Of a stretch of 64,000 nt of DNA, positions 39,533 through 49,415 are shown piece by piece. Source of the DNA: Verrucomicrobiota bacterium (GTDB lineage: Bacteria > Verrucomicrobiota > Lentisphaeria > JABSQK01 > JAJFLO01); assembly GCA_021772615.1 (NCBI GenBank), contig JAJFLQ010000134.1:2039-66038 (forward strand), written 5' to 3'. Made by a program: the position numbers and the translations under genes. Position 1 is the stretch's first letter. Every line of letters begins with the position of its first letter. The notes under the pieces were generated by a model. It was not told where the DNA came from, searched no databases, and saw nothing but the letters and a program-made list of their open reading frames with translations.

Positions 39533-41704
39533 TTATGGTGCTTTGCTCTGCAAGAATTCAGCCAGCGCATCCAGATCCTGCAGATTTCTGCTGAGCGTTA
39601 GATCGAATACCTGCGTGGAGGCGGTCAAATCCCGGATAAACTGGTCAAACGCATCGCGATCCCCTGAATCAAAAAACCGATAGCGTTCGTGGATAACTTC
39701 GGTGATTCGAGCAAACGCGTCGTCACTGGTAATCGGCGTGATTTCGAATACATCGCCGATATGCGGAAAGAAAATGCGATCGAGCCCCCGGTCCTCATAG
39801 GGAGCGGCTGTGACATGATCGCTTAGTCTGATCTCCTTCTTTTTCACCCCGGCGAAATCTTTCCACTCGCAATCGATTTTTTCCGGAAAAAAGTGCTTTT
39901 CCGTCGCGGCAGTCACCCGCATTTTTCCATCGCAGCCGGAAATAAAGAACTGCCCTTCCTTACGTCGAAGAACAACGTGATCTTCCGCCAGGACCACCGC
40001 GCCGGCCTGGCCAAGGCGCAGGCTCATGGTTGATTTGCCCGAGCCATTGTGGCCAAAAAACATGTTCGTAGTCGCCCCCATCTGAATCCCTGCAGCATGA
40101 AGGTGAATGCGCCGGAAGCAGTACAGCAATCGGTACATTACGACCATGACGCTGTGCAGGATATAGTCACGGCTCTCACCTCGCGACATGATCGGCATGA
40201 CTATGATTGTGTGTTGTTCCCGCCGAAAAATGTGCGCAGCGACGGCATCATAGTAAATAATCGTGACATCTTCCAATTCCCGCCGTATGAAAATCGGCTT
40301 AAAGCCGTCGGAGTGATTCCTGCGTATAACCCACGGATCGTTACGTATCGTTTCGTCGTCAACGTCCAGGATGCAAAGCCGAATGTCCGGCGGATTCTTG
40401 CTGCCTGCGTCGGAGCAGCGGTGAAATTCGAGGCGAAACAAATCCTCGATCATGTCGATGTACGTCTCGTTCTCATATATAATGTGCGCAGACAGACTGC
40501 CAAAACGGAACCGCCCTTCCCGGTACGGCATAGCGTCGTCTGTCAATCGAAGGGGATTGCGAAGGAGGTAGTCGACGTTCCAGTCACGATGGGCGGATTG
40601 TGCACCCGAACGTCCCCCCAGCCTCCTAGTCAGGCCCCGAAAGAACGTCTTGTGATAAATCACGAGCCAGACGGGTAGACCGGCGATCCACCACACTTTT
40701 GCCGTTGCCGTACCGCAGGCATATTGCTGGAACGCCCACCGCTTTTTCTCCGCCAGAGTACTGTTTCCCAGCAAATGAAAATACTTCAGGCGGTCTGCGC
40801 GCAGACGCCATAATTGCTCGTGCTTCTTCACTGTCGCGGTGAGTGCCGGGAATTCGCCGTCGCACTCGAAAACAATCAGAAACATTGCCAGTACATTGGC
40901 CGCAATTGCTAGACACCCTTCGTGATCGCGCTCCGAGAAAAAATCGTCCCACGACAAAGAATCGTGAATTTTCCTGAGGATCATATAGAGATCGACGAAC
41001 GGACGGACCGTTATCGTTCCCAGGCTGATATCCTGATGAATTGTCAGGATCTGGGTGACAAGACAATACGTATCTGCAAGGCCGAGAAACGAATGGCTAT
41101 TTAAGGCAATCGTACATTTGCTGGCCCATATTCTATCGTAATCGAGGCGCAGCGCGATGTGCGTCCGCAGTTGATGGTGCAGGTCTAGCGGAATGCCGTC
41201 GTTGTGGAATTCGACATGATGCACAAAGCGAAACAGCAGATGCGATGTCAGCGTGACGCCCGACTCGGGTGCGAACCCCAGCTCGCGCAGCAGGCGTCTG
41301 CTGTGGTCGAAATCCCGAGGTCGCACCATCAAGTCGATGTCATGCGCCTCGCGGCGGTCGATATTGCCGTAAAATCGGCTGGCTAGATGGGGGCCCTTGA
41401 GAACAAGGAACTCGATGCCGGCAGACTCGAATCGTGTTGAGATCCGCCCCAGCTCCTGCACGAATTTCTCGTTGCGCTGCCATTGCATGAAATAACGATA
41501 CTTGAAGCGCGACCGGACATCACCGGGAAATATCGCCCGTTCGTGATCGCTCTTCAGGCATGTGTAAACAAAGCCGGCAAGTTGATTTTCCTGGCAGAAA
41601 TCAAAAAAACGATGCGGATCCGACTGTGCGAGCTGGTATCGAGCCAACTCGAATTCAGGCTTGACGATCGCTTTCAGTATTAAAAAGCCATGGAGGTCTG
41701 TCAT
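39533..41704 (-). CDS. nucleotidyltransferase (NTP_transf_5-like) fused to an HPr-kinase-like domain
   Basis: LKGPHLA...R...DIDLMV, DLHH; C-terminal LHAAG, GHNGSGKST, LAEDHVVL. Confidence 0.85.
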   Translation of the reverse strand: MTDLHGFLILKAIVKPEFELARYQLAQSDPHRFFDFCQENQLAGFVYTCLKSDHERAIFPGDVRSRFKYRYFMQWQRNEKFVQELGRISTRFESAGIEFLVLKGPHLASRFYGNIDRREAHDIDLMVRPRDFDHSRRLLRELGFAPESGVTLTSHLLFRFVHHVEFHNDGIPLDLHHQLRTHIALRLDYDRIWASKCTIALNSHSFLGLADTYCLVTQILTIHQDISLGTITVRPFVDLYMILRKIHDSLSWDDFFSERDHEGCLAIAANVLAMFLIVFECDGEFPALTATVKKHEQLWRLRADRLKYFHLLGNSTLAEKKRWAFQQYACGTATAKVWWIAGLPVWLVIYHKTFFRGLTRRLGGRSGAQSAHRDWNVDYLLRNPLRLTDDAMPYREGRFRFGSLSAHIIYENETYIDMIEDLFRLEFHRCSDAGSKNPPDIRLCILDVDDETIRNDPWVIRRNHSDGFKPIFIRRELEDVTIIYYDAVAAHIFRREQHTIIVMPIMSRGESRDYILHSVMVVMYRLLYCFRRIHLHAAGIQMGATTNMFFGHNGSGKSTMSLRLGQAGAVVLAEDHVVLRRKEGQFFISGCDGKMRVTAATEKHFFPEKIDCEWKDFAGVKKKEIRLSDHVTAAPYEDRGLDRIFFPHIGDVFEITPITSDDAFARITEVIHERYRFFDSGDRDAFDQFIRDLTASTQVFDLTLSRNLQDLDALAEFLQSKAP

Positions 41705-41707
41705 GCG

Positions 41708-42184
41708 CTAAACCGATCGCACCCTGCGTCGACCGCCAAAGCCCGGCACCATTGTGATCAACCAGCGCCACCACGACCGCAGCAAATTAAATCTGGTGGC
41801 CCGCCGCCAGGCGAGGTCGTTTTCTGTTAACCACATGTCGTTGCGCCGACGTGCGGTAACCTTACCAAGAATCTCACTGAAGCTCACGTGATACTCCAGT
41901 GCGTGATCCATGCTGTCGCCTTTTATGATCACATATTGTTTTGGCCGATTTACGAAAATAACACGACGGGTCGGAAACTTGTCATCAAAACGATAGGTGA
42001 TAATATCTCCACATGAAATCCCCGAACCTTGGACAGCGCGGACAACCAGCTGATCGCCTTCCATCAGCAGCGGCAGCATGGTTTCGCCGTGAAAATACAC
42101 CGGGCGACGCGAGCTCGACGCGAGCAATTGCAGCTCCTTTGCGATGATGTGGCGATGTTCATGGTCCATGGTACTGTCACTCAC
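41708..42184 (-). CDS. S24/S26-family peptidase-like protein
   Basis: GETMLPLL.EGD, GDII, KGD, ILGKV; catalytic positions atypical. Confidence 0.7.
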   Translation of the reverse strand: MSDSTMDHEHRHIIAKELQLLASSSRRPVYFHGETMLPLLMEGDQLVVRAVQGSGISCGDIITYRFDDKFPTRRVIFVNRPKQYVIIKGDSMDHALEYHVSFSEILGKVTARRRNDMWLTENDLAWRRATRFNLLRSWWRWLITMVPGFGGRRRVRSV

Positions 42185-42255
42185 GGAGCTACCTGAGTTG
42201 GTCTGAGGTCAATTATTCTCAATACCATTCTATAATCAGAAATGAAAGGTGAGCC

Positions 42256-42669
42256 ATGGAAAGTCGGTTTTCAGTGAACAGTGAGAATGCGGCGTGGCGA
42301 ATGGTAGAGGGCGAGGTGGTTATATTAAATGCCGAAACAACATACTACTACAGCCTGAACCCCACCGGCACCATCATATGGAAGCTGTTGCTTGACGATT
42401 TTTCCACGGTGCCAATAATCGCCACGTTCCTTGTCGGCATTACAAATCAATCACAGGACGTACTGGAACGCGTCGTCAAGGACTTTCTCGACCAGCTCGA
42501 AGACGAACAGTTGATTTTGAGCGATTTTGCCGAAGAACGCAACGACATCCAGCCGGATCCGGAATTGATTATGGCCGATATCTCAGCCGGTTTCGATGAG
42601 ACGGAGTATGAGGCGCCGGTGCTGCTGAAACATGACTCCCTCCAGCAACTGATTGTCAGCGCAGAGTAG
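42256..42669 (+). CDS. PqqD-family RiPP recognition element with a C-terminal leader-like tail
   Basis: WR.VEGEVVILN...YYSLNPTGTIIWKLL...FLDQL; tail YEAPVL. Confidence 0.85.
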   Translation: MESRFSVNSENAAWRMVEGEVVILNAETTYYYSLNPTGTIIWKLLLDDFSTVPIIATFLVGITNQSQDVLERVVKDFLDQLEDEQLILSDFAEERNDIQPDPELIMADISAGFDETEYEAPVLLKHDSLQQLIVSAE

Positions 42670-42838
42670 TGGGCGCCACCGACATTGAACCGCATGTCAC
42701 GGCGGGCATCGCGCCGGGGCGATAGTCGCGGACCGTGGAGCGACTGGCCGAGAAGGTATCGCAGAGTTTTTGCGTACTGTATCGCTACGGGACGGAGCCG
42801 GGTACAACGTTGAAAAACCGCCAATGGTTTGATTGATC

Positions 42839-44068
42839 ATGACCTCTACAAAATCCGACATCGTCATCGTGGGCGCGGGTGCGGCCGGCCTAATGGCGGC
42901 AATCTGGGCCGGCCGAACCGATTCCCGACGATCGATCATCCTGCTTGATGGCGCGCGAAAGTTGGGAGCCAAGATCCTCGTGGCCGGAGGCGGCCGCTGC
43001 AACGTAACGCACTACCACGTTGACCCGAAACGTTACGCCGGCTCGACCACACCGGCGATCGCGCGGGTGCTACGCCGTTTCGATGTCGCCGAAACGACAC
43101 GCTTTTTCAAAGAAATGGGAATATCGCTGAAACGCGAATCGACGGGAAAACTGTTCCCGACCTCAGATAAGGCCCGCGATGTCCTCAATGCGTTGCTCAC
43201 TGCGGCGAACGACGCGAATGTCGATATTCGCAACCCGTGCCGTGTCGACAATGTGAGTCGTACACCAGACGGTTATGCCGTCGACGGCGAATGGGGGCAT
43301 CTGACGTGTGAGAAACTCGTGTTGGCGACCGGCGGCTACAGCCTGCCAAAGTCGGGGTCCGACGGTAAGGGATTCGAATTCGTGAGTGCTCTGGGCCACT
43401 CGCCGACACGCACCTTCCCGGCTCTGGTTCCGTTGACACTGCCTGGCGATGATCAGATTTGTCAATTGAGCGGTATCACCTTACCCGCCTGTATTCGGCT
43501 TCATTCCGCAACCGGTAAGCGGATCGCAGCATTTACGGATTCGACACTTTGCACGCATTTTGGACTTTCTGGCCCGGCAATCCTCGACATCAGCAGGTAC
43601 TATCTGGATGCGGTCAGCAAGGATCCGGCTTCATACTTGACGATCAACTGGCTCCCCGCCATGTCGACTGACAACGTCGACGACGGCCTGCAGGCGCTCG
43701 GTCGTCGATCCGTGCAGGCGTATTTGCGGAAATGCGGATTGCCGGAGCGGCTGTCGGCGATGCTCTGCCGGTGTGCCGGTATCCCCGAAGGAACCAGGGG
43801 CGATCAACTCTTGCGTCGTCAACGACTGGACTTGTCGACAGCCGCTACAGCGATGCGGCTCGCCATTACCGGCGATCGCGGTTACACATTCGCCGAGGTC
43901 ACTGCGGGCGGCATTCCGTTAAATGAAATCACCCTGAAAAGCATGGAATCGCGTTGTTGCCCGGGGCTCTACCTGTGCGGTGAGCTATGCGCTGTCGACG
44001 GCCCGATCGGTGGTTTGAACTTTCAATGGGCCTGGGCCAGCGGCTATGTCGCCGGTGTATCGATCTGA
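42839..44068 (+). CDS. NAD(P)/FAD-dependent oxidoreductase, HI0933/BaiN family
   Basis: GAGAAG, KILVAGGGRCNVT, THFGLSGPA, VTAGGI, DGPIGG.N.QWAWASG. Confidence 0.92.
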   Translation: MTSTKSDIVIVGAGAAGLMAAIWAGRTDSRRSIILLDGARKLGAKILVAGGGRCNVTHYHVDPKRYAGSTTPAIARVLRRFDVAETTRFFKEMGISLKRESTGKLFPTSDKARDVLNALLTAANDANVDIRNPCRVDNVSRTPDGYAVDGEWGHLTCEKLVLATGGYSLPKSGSDGKGFEFVSALGHSPTRTFPALVPLTLPGDDQICQLSGITLPACIRLHSATGKRIAAFTDSTLCTHFGLSGPAILDISRYYLDAVSKDPASYLTINWLPAMSTDNVDDGLQALGRRSVQAYLRKCGLPERLSAMLCRCAGIPEGTRGDQLLRRQRLDLSTAATAMRLAITGDRGYTFAEVTAGGIPLNEITLKSMESRCCPGLYLCGELCAVDGPIGGLNFQWAWASGYVAGVSI

Positions 44069-44124
44069 ATCATTCATGCGATATTCAAACCAGGGTTCGA
44101 CGGGCGCAGCAGAGGGTGTACGAA

Positions 44125-44957
44125 TTATTAAGGTTAGATGAGTCGTAACATATGCGAGCGACAGCGAGTGTATGATATTGCTCTCACTCTTTTGTTCTGT
44201 GGCCATTATTGCCTTCGCTCACGCGTTGGTTTGTTCATGCCAGTCAACCGGGAGGATCTGAATAATCGCGTCGACCGTACAGCGCCCCGAGAACTTCCCA
44301 TCACTACACGTTGCCTTCCAGAAAAACAGCGGAGTCTCGGAATCGAGCGACTCGAAATTTCTGACCCATTCCTCCATTATTGGGATCGTCTTCTTGTTCC
44401 TCTCCATAAACTCACGCCGCCGCCCGCGCCAAGCTCCAAGCTGGTCGTCAGCCAGTGCAAGTTTCCCTTGCTCCAATAGTTTCGACCCCCTGAGTCGACC
44501 TCGCCAAATGTCGAGTTGATGGTCACGAGGATAAAATGGCTCGCCGTGTCTGTCTCTGTCTACACGGCATTCCTCAATCTCGACGATGGATACGTCAGTA
44601 TATCCGGCTTTCGCCAGCTCTCTTGTCAGGTCATTTTTATTCATTTTAAACTGCAACAGAACGGCGACAATCACCGCGCCGGAACGAATGGTTTAAACAT
44701 TGAACAACGCTGAGATTTCCCTTTTCGTTTCGCCCTGTTCTTTGAAGCAGCTGAGTACTATGGCCACATAATCCCGTTGGATCCACCTGAGATCGACTGC
44801 ATAGGCGGAAAGTAGCTCGGGTATTCATGAAACGCTTTTTCCAGAATTCCAATTTTGGGATTGATCACAGGCACATGATTTTCTTGGCCAACGGGACGCT
44901 CACCACGGGGAAGCCGCCGCAGCGCATTCCCCGTTAGCGTGAAGCGACTTTATCGGG
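44125..44957 (-). mobile_element. decayed integron cassette array (CALIN) with three attC-like sites
   Basis: attC-like stem at 44886-44957 ending GTTGGCC; attC arm ending GTTCTGT at 44656-44662; complementary ACAGAAC at 44194-44200; no integrase in the window. Confidence 0.6.
44219..44644 (-). CDS. hypothetical protein (gene cassette)
   Basis: ATG 11 nt after GTTCTGT; stop codon followed by ACAGAAC. Confidence 0.6.
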   Translation of the reverse strand: MNKNDLTRELAKAGYTDVSIVEIEECRVDRDRHGEPFYPRDHQLDIWRGRLRGSKLLEQGKLALADDQLGAWRGRRREFMERNKKTIPIMEEWVRNFESLDSETPLFFWKATCSDGKFSGRCTVDAIIQILPVDWHEQTNA

Positions 44958-44974
44958 GGAAATCCGACAACTTA

Positions 44975-45868
44975 TCATGATTCGGAGATTTTGATCTGCA
45001 TACTTTTAAGCGTTTGCCTGGCCAGTTCGCAAACTTGTACGGAAATAGTCTTACGAGACGACTCGATGGCTTCCAATATGGGAACGCCTTTCGGATCTCC
45101 ACAGTGGCCTAATGCTTCGACAACCTCGGTTATTAACGCATTCTTCTTACGCCTTGGTATTTCGGCAATTACTTGCCACACGCTCGCATCTTTGCGATAG
45201 GTTAGTCCGACAGCCGCAATTAACCTGGTTTCCTGCTCGTCAGATTCAAGAGACTTCTTCAGTAATTCAAGTCCGTGAGCGGTGCCGATTAACGCCATTC
45301 CTCGCGCTGCCTTTGAGCGAAGATGAATGCGTACATCGTCATCCTGAAAAGTTGGCAGTCGCGGAGAAATGTAGGTCGATGGATCCAGGAAAAGAGTCTG
45401 CAAGATCTCCATCGCCGTAACATCACCTATTGTTCCGAGTGTCTTCGCAGCGGCGACTTGGACAGTCCAGATTGGATCACGTAGAGCTTGGATCAAAGGT
45501 CGAACGGCCTGTTGGTCGCCGACGTGTCCCAAAGAATTGGCTGCAGAGCAGCGTAGTGAATCAGACGGCGAACCAAGCGCCTTTATGAGGGCTGGAGAAA
45601 CACGAGAATCTCTGGTGTAACGCAACCCGTACGCAGCTGCGCTACCACAGTCATCCTTCTTAAGTCGAGACAGCAAACCGGATACAGAAGCACGTGTGTT
45701 AATGCGACCTAGCGCCTGCGCTGCGCTGCAGGTAATCATGGAATACTGGCCTGGCGTGCCCTCACCGGCCGTCAGTTCATATGTTTTGCCGTCTAGACTC
45801 CGCAACAACGGCCTAATCGCACGAGGATCTCCCATTTTTCCGAGCGCAATCGCTGCTGCTTTCCTGAA
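44975..45868 (-). pseudogene. HEAT-repeat protein, 5'-truncated
   Basis: Repeated R..AA.ALG..GD..A...L units; no proper start, since the 5' end is joined out of frame to the STAND pseudogene. Confidence 0.7.
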
Positions 45869-47710
45869 CGGCCGTATGCCGCCCCCATCCCGCCAGGCCC
45901 GTGGTGAACAACAATCCAACAACGGCGCCGATCAGGCACCGATGTAGAAGTGTGCGCCTGCGGTTTCGCCGACTCTGTTCGATCCTGCTCGCGGCGATGA
46001 GGCGTTGCTCATGCGGCATTAACACACCCAGCCCCATTGCACCCTGTTCTACGACCAGCAAATCCGGTCCGTCGAGGATCGCACCGTGATGGTCGTTGGC
46101 CCACTCCACAGCGCGATTTTTCAGTATCCGTCGAGCGCGTGGCCCAGGAAGATCCGACTCGTCGAATTTGTGTCGTATCGGCAAGGCCAAGGTGTCGTGG
46201 GCCAAGCGCGTCGTTCTCTTCGCGCTGTTGCCTTTTGAGCCAGATTCGAACAGTAGATAAAGGTTCTTGCATTCCTCCAGGAGTCCGGAAAGCTCCTGCT
46301 TGTGATTATTGTACATCTTCATCAGGTCATCTCGACACCGCTCAGCCGCTGTCATTTGTGGTGTGGTATGATACACCAACAGGTCAAGCACAAACCCGGA
46401 CGACACCAAATCTGGATAGACTCCCGCCAACTGCGCGAGCTGGCGATCTACAAAGTCGTCCAGGAGCAGACCCTGCTTTTTGATTCGTAGGTAAAGGGAT
46501 TCGGTAAATGCTGGCGTGGCGCTACTCAACTCCGCGGCTTCTTCCCACATCTTTGTCAACAAGATTTGCAGTGCCGGCGCCGTCGGGGAGTCGCGATCGT
46601 TAAGCAGGTCATCGGCAATCTGTTCCGGAACATGGGTTTCTATGGTAAGGCCATATTGCTTTTGCAATCGTGCCGTGCTCACCAGCCCGTTCACAATTTC
46701 AATAACGGCGTCTCGATCCAATGCCTCAAGGAATACTCTTCCAAAGCTTACCGCGTTCAGATCGAATATTTTCTGGACCTCCGGGAACCACTCCTTACGA
46801 AATGACACGAGTATCTTTCCCTGAAAATCGCGACCGTCGACCGTGAATATTTCACTGAGCGCCTGCGCCAATTCAGCCAATTCATTGGGCCGGTCCGCGT
46901 TCGGATGCGTAAACACTTCCTCTACCTGATCCAATAGAATGATGAGCGGCTTGCCGACCGCGACCTCGGCGGTCCGCCATGCCACCCTCAAGGGGGTTCC
47001 AACTGTGGAATGCCCCGGGCCATCGCTCCCGTCCTGATCGTCGGCCAAATGGATTAAGGCCTTTTGAATCGTGATCGTAAGACTGTCCTTCTGGTCCCGG
47101 CGAATGTACAGGATCTCGTAATCCCTCTTCAATCGCGGCAGGAGGCCGGCAGCCAGGAATGACGATTTTCCCACTCCAGTTTGCCCATAGAGCATTGTGA
47201 TCGGTGCGGCGGCGGCGCTGGTGATCCGCTGGTACAAACTCTTCAGTTCCCGATTGCGACCGAAAAATATTTCGGCATCTGTTTCGACGAAATACTGTAA
47301 TTAACGGAACGGCTTCGCCGGCAGATCGCGCCGGGGCAGACCAGGCAAACCCCAGCAAGGGTCTGGAATCGGCAAGATATCGGCGCATCGTTCCGTAACA
47401 GTCGCGATTGGCGCAGGTCCGCCAGCGGCAACGGACGAACAGGCAACGGAGTCACACATTCAAGCAACGCCCAATCTTCATGCTGATCATGAAATGCGCC
47501 GTAAATTACGGCTTCGGTCGTGTGCTCCGGAAATTTCAGCGTGATTGTGCCGGGGGCAGGAACGGGTGGGGTTTGGAAACGATCTGCGACTACATGCAAC
47601 GCAGTGAGCATCAGCCGCTCGGACACCAGGCATCCGGTTCCGCGACTGATATTCGTGCCATCGTCGACGATATCAATGCGAGCGATGGCGTTTCGGACCA
47701 CAGAATCCAT
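45860..47710 (-). pseudogene. broken paralogue of the trypsin-nSTAND1-WD40 gene (copy 1)
   Basis: Colinear with 54580-58902; deletion of about 90 codons with a frameshift near 47405; TAA at 47301-47303; WD40 region absent. Confidence 0.88.
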
Positions 47711-47861
47711 GATAAAACCAACTCAGGGTTTATGTAATCGCAGAGCTTGGCTTCCGTGACGACGGTCTCGCGCCGACACGGGGATAGAATGTCATCAACG
47801 GCGACCAATGGCAAGTATACCACTTTTGCCGTGCTGCGTCATGTGCGGCTGATGTACCGCA

Positions 47862-47890
47862 AGGCTATCAACGTAAGTGTGCAAATACAA
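47862..47890 (-). promoter_or_regulatory. sigma70-like promoter TTGTAT-N17-TAGCCT (copy 1)
   Basis: Conserved upstream of all three paralogues. Confidence 0.65.
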
Positions 47891-48349
47891 ATTAATTATC
47901 GAAAGATAGACAATTGTTCTATCTCAAGCAAGCGATTACGTGGTTGCGGTGCATACTGTGTGGATGACTCTGTTTCGCGTCTCGAACGTCACGCAAAGCT
48001 CTGAAAACTGCCCCGATTGCTTCAACTGCTGATAGCTCGACAGCTGTTTTGATCCATCGGGCTTCTACAGCAAGGCTTTCAGTGCACCGAAGGCAGATGT
48101 GTAGGTATGTGCGCAGGCGGTGCAAAATGCGCCTTACAAATCGCTTACAAAGTTGCTTCGCTCTTCTGGGGCGGTGGCACGGATTCCCCGACCAGATGGC
48201 GTTCGCTGCGATCGAGAAACGTCCAACTTACCGCTCACCGACTTATGAGCCGATAGCCCCGACGAACGACCCGTTATCCCGGGAATCTCGCATGTGTGAC
48301 TCTTGAATGCATATGGGTATGATGTATTGTAATACCAAAAGGGGCTGAT

Positions 48350-48592
48350 ATGCCAACTGCAAAAATTGCGATAAGTATCGACGAATCTATACTTGGACGT
48401 TTAGATCGCCTAGTCCAGTCACACGTTTTCCCAAATCGTAGTAAGGCCGTTCAAAGGGCTATTGAAGAAAAGTTAAATCGGATAGATAAGACTCGTCTCG
48501 CCAGGGAGTGTGCAAAACTTGATCCCAAACTCGAACAATGCTTGGCGGAAGAGGGAATGGATTGGGAAGTCGACGAATGGCCAGAATACTAA
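48350..48592 (+). CDS. ribbon-helix-helix (CopG-like) antitoxin
   Basis: KIAISIDE...LDRLV...NRSKAVQ.AI; overlaps the toxin gene. Confidence 0.85.
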   Translation: MPTAKIAISIDESILGRLDRLVQSHVFPNRSKAVQRAIEEKLNRIDKTRLARECAKLDPKLEQCLAEEGMDWEVDEWPEY

Positions 48593-48915
48593 GGGGTGAC
48601 ATTATTTGGGCGGACTTTAGTCCTGTTCGCGGTCATGAACAGTCTGGCAAACGACCCGTATTGATTTTGAGTCACGATGTTTTCAATGAACGTTCCGGTA
48701 CCGTGATAGCAATGGCGTTGACAAGCCAACCGCAACGTGCAGGCTATCCCTTGACTTACCAAATCACCACTTCGGATATGCCTAAGTCGTCGTGGGTTAA
48801 GATCAGTCAAATAAGGACTATCTCGACTCAGAGACTGGGCCGAAAAGTAGGAAAATTGGCATCGGAAGAGCTGGAAATTATCATTGATGGGCTAAACGAA
48901 ATAATCGGAGGATGA
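48577..48915 (+). CDS. mazF: PemK/MazF-family endoribonuclease toxin
   Basis: [38 protein letters not shown]. Confidence 0.92.
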   Translation: MARILRGDIIWADFSPVRGHEQSGKRPVLILSHDVFNERSGTVIAMALTSQPQRAGYPLTYQITTSDMPKSSWVKISQIRTISTQRLGRKVGKLASEELEIIIDGLNEIIGG

Positions 48916-49415
48916 CCAGATAGCCACGAGCCGAATGATGAATCTTAGCAGAGCTCGGCAGTTTGAGGTAAAAGCCCAGTAACGTTGAACGTCCATTTTG
49001 GGGATCATCAAATCGATGGTGCGGGCGACCACGTTACCGTTCCTGTCATGATATATCCAATGGCACGCCGGCTGCAATCTGTAGCGTGATCAATTGTCGT
49101 TGGATAAAGGCTTTCGTTGGCGTCCACATTCCCGCTGAGCGGTGGCTGTGAACGTCCAACCCGTGTCGACTTACATGTCTCTTGGAGAAAAATTCATAAT
49201 TTGAACCGTACAATGCGGAATTTTGATCCAGGTTTCGGCAGGTCGCCGCGTCGCGTTAATGAGCTGAAACGCATCGAAGACTGCCGTCCCGCAAAAATGC
49301 GGGAGCGGTACCAAAACAGATCGCTCGTTCCGCAAGGCTTGTCACTACGCAAGTTACAGATGGTTATGGGATTGCTATTTACGCCTAACCTATTCGAGAG
49401 CACGTGCTTTGAGAC

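Noticed and set aside
44646..44852. 68-aa ORF as an intact gene
   Set aside because: It runs through an attC-like arm and has no RBS; treated as a cassette remnant.
48350..48915. MazEF pair as an integron cassette
   Set aside because: No attC-like palindrome was found downstream of the toxin gene.
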